Assembly (NCBI RefSeq): GCF_001564455.1
Contig: NZ_CP011391.1
Location: 390,001 to 422,000, forward strand
Reading direction: 5' to 3'
Origin: Faecalibaculum rodentium
Lineage (GTDB): Bacteria > Bacillota_I > Bacilli_A > Erysipelotrichales > Erysipelotrichaceae
DNA length: 32,000 nt
The notes under the pieces are model-generated. The model was given only the letters and a program-made list of their open reading frames with translations, did no database searches and was not told the origin of the DNA. Of this stretch, positions 25,867 through 32,000 are shown piece by piece; the stretch's first letter is position 1, and each line of letters begins with the position of its first letter. Both the position numbers and the translations under genes were made by a program.

Positions 25867-26127
25867 ATGGAACAGAGAAACGCCCGTAAGACATATCGCG
25901 GCACTGTCGTATCTGACAAGATGGACAAGACCATTACGGTCGCCGTAGAAACAAAGAAGACACACCCGCTGTATGGCAAACGTGTCAAGTATACAAAGAA
26001 ATTCAAAGCGCATGACGAACAGAACGCGGCACATGAAGGCGATACAGTGCTGATCATGGAAACCCGTCCTCTGTCTGCCACCAAGCGTTTCCGCCTGGTG
26101 GAGATCGTCGAGAAGGCGCGCGGATAG
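25867..26127 (+). CDS. rpsQ: 30S ribosomal protein S17
   Basis: ...[34 protein letters not shown]... SD AAGGAGA precedes ATG 25867. Confidence 0.97.
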   Translation: MEQRNARKTYRGTVVSDKMDKTITVAVETKKTHPLYGKRVKYTKKFKAHDEQNAAHEGDTVLIMETRPLSATKRFRLVEIVEKARG

Positions 26128-26140
26128 AACGGAGGATACC

Positions 26141-26509
26141 ATGATCCAGAATGAAAGCCGTCTGCGTGTGGCCGACAACACGGGTGCCAAGGAAGTCCTG
26201 GTCATCCGCAATCTCGGCGGCAGCGTCAGAAAGTTCTCCAACATCGGTGATGTGGTCGTCTGCACCGTAAAGCAGGCTGCTCCCGGCGGCACTGTAAAAA
26301 AAGGCGACGTGGTGAAGGGTGTCATCGTACGTACAAAACGCGGTGTGCGCCGTGACAACGGTACATACATCCGGTTTGATGACAACGCCGTCGTTCTGAT
26401 CAAGGACGACAAAACACCCCGCGGCACCCGTATTTTCGGGCCTGTCGCCCGTGAACTCCGTGACCGGGACTATATGAAGATCGTGTCCCTGGCACCGGAA
26501 GTACTGTAG
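26141..26509 (+). CDS. rplN: 50S ribosomal protein L14
   Basis: [23 protein letters not shown]... Confidence 0.98.
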   Translation: MIQNESRLRVADNTGAKEVLVIRNLGGSVRKFSNIGDVVVCTVKQAAPGGTVKKGDVVKGVIVRTKRGVRRDNGTYIRFDDNAVVLIKDDKTPRGTRIFGPVARELRDRDYMKIVSLAPEVL

Positions 26510-26519
26510 GAGGTCCAGC

Positions 26520-26846
26520 ATGAGAATCAAAAAAGGCGATAAAGTCAAAGTGATTGCCGGTGCCTACAAGGGTACTGTCGCAGAAGTGAAACAGGCTTTC
26601 CCCCGGGAAGGGAAAGTCATTGTGGAAGGCGTCAACATGGTCAAGAAGCACATGAAGCCCACCCAGGCAAACCCGGATGGCGGCATCATCGAGAAAGAGG
26701 CAAAGATCGACGTTTCCAACGTTATGGCATATGACGAAAAGGCCAAGACTGCCAGCCGTGTAGGCTACAAGTTCGTGGAAAACAAGGACGGCAGCCAGAC
26801 CAAAGTCCGCTACTACAAGAAGAGCGGCAACATTATCAAGGACTAG
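26520..26846 (+). CDS. rplX: 50S ribosomal protein L24
   Basis: [23 protein letters not shown]... (KOW motif). Confidence 0.97.
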   Translation: MRIKKGDKVKVIAGAYKGTVAEVKQAFPREGKVIVEGVNMVKKHMKPTQANPDGGIIEKEAKIDVSNVMAYDEKAKTASRVGYKFVENKDGSQTKVRYYKKSGNIIKD

Positions 26847-26854
26847 GAGGGTTT

Positions 26855-27394
26855 ATGAACCGTTTACAGGAAAAATATACAAACGACGTAGTCCCTCAGT
26901 TGATGAAAGACTTCGGATACACCTCCATCATGGAAGTGCCGAAGATCGAAAAAGTGGTCATCAATGTGGGCGTTGGCGACGCCATCCAGAACTCCAAGCT
27001 GCTGGACGAGGCAGTGGAGGAAATGGCTGCCATCACCGGGCAGAAGCCGGTCATCACCAAGGCCAAGAAGTCCATCGCGAACTTCAAACTGCGTGAAGGC
27101 ATGCCCATCGGAGCCAAGACAACGCTTCGTTCGGAGAAAATGTACGAATTCCTCGACAAGCTGTTCAACATCTCCCTCCCCCGTGTACGTGACTTCCGTG
27201 GTGTCAGCGATACGAGCTTTGACGGCCGCGGCAACTACACCCTGGGTGTGAAGGAACAGATCATTTTCCCGGAAATCGATTTCGACAAGGTCAACCGGAC
27301 CCGCGGTATGGATGTCGTCATTGTCACGACAGCCAAAACCAACGAGGAAGCCAAGGCGCTGCTTGCAGGCCTGGGCATGCCCTTCAAGAAGTAG
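26855..27394 (+). CDS. rplE: 50S ribosomal protein L5
   Basis: [43 protein letters not shown]... Confidence 0.98.
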   Translation: MNRLQEKYTNDVVPQLMKDFGYTSIMEVPKIEKVVINVGVGDAIQNSKLLDEAVEEMAAITGQKPVITKAKKSIANFKLREGMPIGAKTTLRSEKMYEFLDKLFNISLPRVRDFRGVSDTSFDGRGNYTLGVKEQIIFPEIDFDKVNRTRGMDVVIVTTAKTNEEAKALLAGLGMPFKK

Positions 27395-27408
27395 GCAAGG
27401 AGCGAACA

Positions 27409-27594
27409 ATGGCTAAAAAAGCAATGATCAACAAGCAGCAGCGTCCTGCGAAATACAAAGTTCGCGAGTACACCCGCTGCGAACGGTGCGGCCGCCCGCA
27501 TTCCGTTCTGAGAAAATACAAACTGTGCCGCATCTGCTTCCGTGAACTGGCTTACAAGGGCCAGATCCCGGGTGTGAAGAAGGCCAGCTGGTAA
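27409..27594 (+). CDS. rpsN: 30S ribosomal protein S14, short zinc-binding type Z
   Basis: 61 aa with CERCGRP...CRICFRE (two CxxC pairs). Confidence 0.97.
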   Translation: MAKKAMINKQQRPAKYKVREYTRCERCGRPHSVLRKYKLCRICFRELAYKGQIPGVKKASW

Positions 27595-27611
27595 GAAGGA
27601 GGCGTGTTTCA

Positions 27612-28007
27612 ATGATTATGACAGATCCCATCGCGGATATGCTGACACGCATCCGCAACGGTCTCGCTGCAAAGCACGAAACCGTGACAATGCCTTCCAG
27701 CAAGGAAAAGGCAGCCATTGCCAAAATCCTGCTGGATGAAGGCTACATCAACGGCTACAAAGTCGAAGGCGACACCAAGAAGACACTGACGATTGACCTG
27801 AAATATGGCAAGAACGGCGAAAAAGTCATCAGCGGACTTCGCCGGATCTCCAAACCCGGTCTGCGTGTCTATGCAAAAGTGGAAAACCTGCCCCGCGTCC
27901 TGAACGGACTGGGAACAGCCCTGATTTCCACCTCCGGCGGTATGATGACCGACCGGGATGCCCGCAAGAAGAACATGGGCGGCGAAGTCATCGCCTATAT
28001 CTGGTAA
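27612..28007 (+). CDS. rpsH: 30S ribosomal protein S8
   Basis: M(IM)[14 protein letters not shown]... SD AAGGAGG lies 10 nt before ATG 27612. ATG 27618 is an alternative start. Confidence 0.97.
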   Translation: MIMTDPIADMLTRIRNGLAAKHETVTMPSSKEKAAIAKILLDEGYINGYKVEGDTKKTLTIDLKYGKNGEKVISGLRRISKPGLRVYAKVENLPRVLNGLGTALISTSGGMMTDRDARKKNMGGEVIAYIW

Positions 28008-28022
28008 TAGAAGGAGAACGAA

Positions 28023-28568
28023 ATGTCACGTATCGGCAATAAACTGATTACCGTTCCGGCCGGCGTCACTGTGGAAGTAGCCGACGGGAATGAGGTGACT
28101 GTCAAGGGTCCCAAGGGTACTCTGACGCGCAAATTCAGCGACCTGATGGACATCGAGGTCAGCGAAAACGAAGTGAAGGTCAAGCGCCCCAACGATGCCA
28201 AGCACACAAAACAGCTGCACGGCACCACACGGGCTCTGCTCCACAACATGATCGAAGGTGTTGCCAATGGCTTCACCCGGGAACTGGAACTGGTTGGTAT
28301 CGGATATCGTACAGCTGTCAAGAACGGCAAGCTGTCGATGAACGTCGGCTATTCCCACCCCGTTGACATGGAAATCGAAGAAGGCCTGGAAGTCACCTGT
28401 CCTTCTGCCACGACCATCAAGGTTGAGGGCATTGACAAGCAGCAGGTCGGCCAGTTCGCCGCTCTGGTGCGTGCGGTCCGCAAGCCGGAACCCTACAAGG
28501 GCAAAGGCATTCGCTACAAAGGTGAAAACGTGCGCCGCAAAGAAGGCAAGACTGCCGGCAAGAAGTAG
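28023..28568 (+). CDS. rplF: 50S ribosomal protein L6
   Basis: [19 protein letters not shown]... Confidence 0.97.
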   Translation: MSRIGNKLITVPAGVTVEVADGNEVTVKGPKGTLTRKFSDLMDIEVSENEVKVKRPNDAKHTKQLHGTTRALLHNMIEGVANGFTRELELVGIGYRTAVKNGKLSMNVGYSHPVDMEIEEGLEVTCPSATTIKVEGIDKQQVGQFAALVRAVRKPEPYKGKGIRYKGENVRRKEGKTAGKK

Positions 28569-28589
28569 TCGTGGGAAAGGAGAAAACAT

Positions 28590-28946
28590 ATGCTTAAGAA
28601 AACATCCCGCAATGCTGCGCGGATCCGCCGTCATGTGCGTGTCCGCAGAAAAGTCAGCGGTACTCCTGAATGCCCGCGTCTGAATGTCTACAGAGGCAAC
28701 GCCAACATCCACGCACAGATCATCGATGACACAAACGGAAACACTCTGGTTTCCGCATCCAGTGTCCAGATGAAGCTGGAAAATGGCGGTAATGTTGAAG
28801 CTGCAAAGGCAGTGGGAACAGAGCTGGCAAAGCGCGCTGCAGAAAAAGGCATCAAGAATGTTGTCTTTGACCGTGGCGGTTATGTATACACCGGCCGTGT
28901 GAAGGCACTGGCTGATGCGGCCCGCGAAGGCGGACTGGAATTTTAG
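28590..28946 (+). CDS. rplR: 50S ribosomal protein L18
   Basis: ...[37 protein letters not shown]... Confidence 0.97.
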   Translation: MLKKTSRNAARIRRHVRVRRKVSGTPECPRLNVYRGNANIHAQIIDDTNGNTLVSASSVQMKLENGGNVEAAKAVGTELAKRAAEKGIKNVVFDRGGYVYTGRVKALADAAREGGLEF

Positions 28947-28959
28947 GAGGCCCTGACCA

Positions 28960-29466
28960 ATGGCGAATGAAAGAAAACCCAGACGGGAACAGAAAGAATT
29001 CGACGAACAGGTCATTGCGATCAACCGCGTGACCAAAGTCGTCAAGGGCGGCCGGAATTTCCGCTTCGCTGCCCTGGTGGTGGTCGGTGACCACAAAGGC
29101 CGTGTCGGCATCGGTACCGGCAAGGCGAAGGAAGTACCTGATGCAATCCGGAAAGCTGCGGAAAACGCCCGCAAGAACGTGTTCCGCGTACCTCTGGAAG
29201 GCACAACGATTCCTCACGATGTAACCGGCCGTTATGGTGCAGGCGCTGTCTTCATGCGTCCTGCTGCCGAAGGTACCGGAATTTCCGCCGGCGGTGCTGC
29301 ACGAGCAGTGCTGGAACTGGCTGGCATCAACGATATCCTGACAAAGTGCCTGGGTTCCCGGACGAAGATCAACGTGGTTCGTGCCACAGTTGACGGTCTG
29401 AAGAGCCTGCGCACGATCGAGCAGGTGGCTGAACTCCGCGGCAAGAAGCCGTACGAGATCCGCTAG
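28960..29466 (+). CDS. rpsE: 30S ribosomal protein S5
   Basis: ...[49 protein letters not shown]... Confidence 0.98.
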   Translation: MANERKPRREQKEFDEQVIAINRVTKVVKGGRNFRFAALVVVGDHKGRVGIGTGKAKEVPDAIRKAAENARKNVFRVPLEGTTIPHDVTGRYGAGAVFMRPAAEGTGISAGGAARAVLELAGINDILTKCLGSRTKINVVRATVDGLKSLRTIEQVAELRGKKPYEIR

Positions 29467-29480
29467 TAAAGGAGGGCACG

Positions 29481-29918
29481 ATGAAACTTCATGAAATGAA
29501 ATCCATGGCTCCCCGCACTGCCCGCAAACGGGTGGGCCGCGGTCCTGGAAGCGGCCTTGGCAAAACAAGCGGCCGTGGTCAGAAAGGTCAGAACGCCCGG
29601 AGCGGCGGCGGTGTACGTCCCGGTTTTGAAGGTGGCCAGACACCTCTGGCACGTCGTCTGCCGAAGCGTGGATTCACAAACATCAACCGCAAGGAATATG
29701 CAGTTGTCAATGTGGAGGATCTGAACCGGTTTGAAGACGGAACCGTGGTAACACCGGCTCTTCTGAAAGAAGTCGGACTGGTCCGCAAGGAACTGAACGG
29801 CGTCAAGATTCTCGGCAACGGGGAACTGACAAAGAAACTGAATGTAACAGCAGCAAAATTCTCCAAATCTGCGGTCGAAGCCATTGAAAAAGCTGGCGGA
29901 AAGGCCGAGGTTCTCTAG
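29481..29918 (+). CDS. rplO: 50S ribosomal protein L15
   Basis: MKLHEMKS...[40 protein letters not shown]... It starts 14 nt after the rpsE stop. Confidence 0.97.
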   Translation: MKLHEMKSMAPRTARKRVGRGPGSGLGKTSGRGQKGQNARSGGGVRPGFEGGQTPLARRLPKRGFTNINRKEYAVVNVEDLNRFEDGTVVTPALLKEVGLVRKELNGVKILGNGELTKKLNVTAAKFSKSAVEAIEKAGGKAEVL

Positions 29919-29921
29919 AGA

Positions 29922-31211
29922 ATGGGCTCTTCCATCAAGGCAATGTGGACGAACAGAGACATCCGGAACAGGATTCTGTTCACCCTCTTTGCCTTTCTTG
30001 TGTATCGTCTGGGCTGTGCCATCACGGTTCCTGACGTAAACACCACCGATCTGGTCGCGGGCCTGGGTGACAATTCCCTGTTTGCGATGCTGAACCTGCT
30101 GGGAGGAGGGGGCCTGGAACAGTTCTCTGTTTTTGCCCTCGGTGTCACTCCCTATATTACGGCCAGCATCATTATTCAGCTGCTGAGCATGGATGTTATC
30201 CCGAGCCTGACCGAGCTTTCAAAATCCGGCGCCAACGGACGGAAGAAGCTTGACAAATACACGAGATATCTGGCGGTGGTCTTCGGCTTTGTTCAGTCGA
30301 TGTCCCTGGTCTACGGGTTTTCACAAAGTTACCCTGGCCTGATCGTCGGCGGTGTCAGCCCGGCCAAACTGCTGTATATCTCCACCATTTTCACTGCAGG
30401 CACTATGTTCCTTGTCTGGATCGGCGACCAGATTTCGGTCAAGGGCATCGGCAACGGTATTTCCATGGTCATCATGGCGGGAATCGTGGGCAGAATGCCC
30501 CAGCAGTTCTCCGCTGCATGGACAAGTCTTGCCGGCGGTGAAGCGGCCAGCGGCCTCTGGCTGTTTGCGGCCTATGTGCTGTTCTACCTGGTGATCATCG
30601 TCTTCGTCACCCTGATCAACACGGCAGAACTCAAAATACCCATCCAGTACACATCCAGTTCCCTGGCCATTCAGAAGAGCACGAAGATGAACTATCTTCC
30701 CCTGAAGGTCAATTCTGCCAGCGTGATCCCCGTCATCTTTGCACAGTCCCTGATGATGGCCCCGCTGCAGATCGCATCGTTCTTTCCCGCGAAGGACTGG
30801 ATGACGACGATGAACAGCTGGCTGGGTATGAAAACCTGGTATTCTCTGACGATTTATGTGGTTCTGATCATTCTGTTCACATTCTTCTATACGAAGATGC
30901 AGATCAATCCCGAGAAAGTCGCGGAGAACCTGGGCAAGTCAGGTGCATACATTCCCAGTGTGAGACCCGGAAAACAGACCGAGGACTACATCAACAAGGT
31001 TCTGTCCCGGATCACGGTCCTGGGTGCCCTGTGTCTGGCTGTGATTGCGGTCCTGCCGCATCTGATGCCGCTTGTATGGCCTGAAATGCCCGGTTCCATG
31101 GCAATCGGCGGAACCGGCATGATCATCGTCGTGGGTGTGGCCCTGGAAACTGTCCGTCAGGTACAGGGGCTGATCACCCAGAAGTCCTACAAGAATTACT
31201 TCGAAGAGTAG
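29922..31211 (+). CDS. secY: Preprotein translocase subunit SecY
   Basis: 429 aa. ...IRNRILFTLFAFLVYRLGCAITVPDVN...GGGLEQFSVFALGVTPYITASIIIQLL... ATG 29943 is a possible alternative start. Confidence 0.96.
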   Translation: MGSSIKAMWTNRDIRNRILFTLFAFLVYRLGCAITVPDVNTTDLVAGLGDNSLFAMLNLLGGGGLEQFSVFALGVTPYITASIIIQLLSMDVIPSLTELSKSGANGRKKLDKYTRYLAVVFGFVQSMSLVYGFSQSYPGLIVGGVSPAKLLYISTIFTAGTMFLVWIGDQISVKGIGNGISMVIMAGIVGRMPQQFSAAWTSLAGGEAASGLWLFAAYVLFYLVIIVFVTLINTAELKIPIQYTSSSLAIQKSTKMNYLPLKVNSASVIPVIFAQSLMMAPLQIASFFPAKDWMTTMNSWLGMKTWYSLTIYVVLIILFTFFYTKMQINPEKVAENLGKSGAYIPSVRPGKQTEDYINKVLSRITVLGALCLAVIAVLPHLMPLVWPEMPGSMAIGGTGMIIVVGVALETVRQVQGLITQKSYKNYFEE

Positions 31212-31222
31212 AAGGGAAAGAC

Positions 31223-31873
31223 ATGAACATCTTCATTATGGGAGCCCCGGGTTCCGGAAAAGGAACCTTCTCCAGCCGCATCAGGGATACATACAATCTC
31301 AACCATATCTCCACCGGTGACATCTTCCGGGAGAACATCTCGAAGGGAACACCGCTGGGTCAGCAGGCCAGACAGTATTCTGAAAAAGGTCTGCTGGTTC
31401 CGGATGAAATCACCAATGCGATGGTGGCCGACTACCTCCGGAATCTTCCGGACAGGAAAAACGGCTATCTGCTGGACGGCTATCCCAGGACTCTCGCCCA
31501 GGCGAAGGCCTTTGAAGAACTCACGGCAGGAACGGCGGACGCTCCGGATCTCGTTCTTTCCATGGATGTCCCCTTCGATGTGCTGACAAAGCGCATCACC
31601 GGGCGCAGAACGTGCAGCAAATGCGGTGCCATCTATAATATATATACGAAGGCACCTGCGGCCGAGGGCATCTGCGATGCATGCGGCACAGAGCTGTCGC
31701 AGCGCAAGGACGACAATGAGGAGAGCCTGAAGGTGCGGCTGAATGAATATGCAGCCAACACCGAACCTGTTATTGACTACTACGCTTCCAGAGATATGGT
31801 CGAGCGTGTGAATGCAGACCGTCCCATCGAAGAAATCTGGTCGGATGTACAGGAGATCCTGAACAGCAAATAA
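31223..31873 (+). CDS. adk: Adenylate kinase (zinc-lid type)
   Basis: MNIFIMGAPGSGKGT (P-loop), and a lid with CSKCGAIYN...CDACG. Confidence 0.97.
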   Translation: MNIFIMGAPGSGKGTFSSRIRDTYNLNHISTGDIFRENISKGTPLGQQARQYSEKGLLVPDEITNAMVADYLRNLPDRKNGYLLDGYPRTLAQAKAFEELTAGTADAPDLVLSMDVPFDVLTKRITGRRTCSKCGAIYNIYTKAPAAEGICDACGTELSQRKDDNEESLKVRLNEYAANTEPVIDYYASRDMVERVNADRPIEEIWSDVQEILNSK

Positions 31874-31892
31874 CTGACCGGGTGGCAAAAAC

Positions 31893-31940
31893 TTGAAATC
31901 CAGATAAATTGCGCTTATACTATATAAGCGCATTTATTTG
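31893..31940 (+). promoter_or_regulatory. Hairpin after adk that also contains a consensus-like promoter for an unseen downstream gene
   Basis: TTGAAA (31893-31898), a 17-nt spacer, then TATACT (31916-31921). The -10 lies inside the perfect hairpin GCGCTTATA-CTA-TATAAGCGC (31911-31931), which is followed by the T-rich ATTTATTTGCGTTTA. Confidence 0.4.
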
Positions 31941-32000
31941 CGTTTATACATTCACGTTTCTGCTGCAATCCGCATTTGCATCGTAAAATACGCATTCCAG

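Overview
This window is mostly the core translation-gene supercluster of a moderately G+C-rich, Bacillota (Firmicutes)-type bacterium, all on the + strand. It holds rplK-rplA, an L10 leader with rplJ-rplL, rpsL-rpsG-fusA-tuf, and an S10/spc-type cluster (rpsJ-rplC-rplD-rplW-rplB-rpsS-rplV-rpsC-rplP-rpmC-rpsQ-rplN-rplX-rplE-rpsN(Z type)-rpsH-rplF-rplR-rpsE-rplO-secY-adk). The left 6.7 kb carries the 3' part of a GntR/UTRA regulator, an NSS sodium symporter, an M3 oligoendopeptidase F, two identical tRNA-Glu(UUC) genes, a choline-kinase-like phosphotransferase and a hypothetical membrane protein. Two accessory blocks interrupt the conserved order. An orphan ABC ATPase plus a convergent Cof-type HAD phosphatase occupy the rplL-rpsL gap, where rpoB-rpoC normally sit. 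A roughly 5.4 kb block lies between tuf and rpsJ: an APC-type permease, an M18 aminopeptidase with a translationally coupled unknown membrane protein, and an FMN riboswitch controlling ribU plus a PNPOx-like flavoprotein. rpmD (L30) is absent between rpsE and rplO. I found no CRISPR array, transposase, integrase, toxin-antitoxin pair or recognisable defence genes, and no convincing novel multi-gene system. The points most worth follow-up are the FMN-riboswitch operon and its odd expression platform, an orphan promoter-terminator pair (candidate sRNA) upstream of pepF, a 124-nt three-helix inverted repeat upstream of the rpsL promoter, the two synteny breaks, and promoters nested in terminator hairpins. 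The many long antisense ORFs in the track (up to 892 aa) are codon-bias shadow ORFs. All calls come from reading the sequence and ORF translations by eye; no database search or folding was run.
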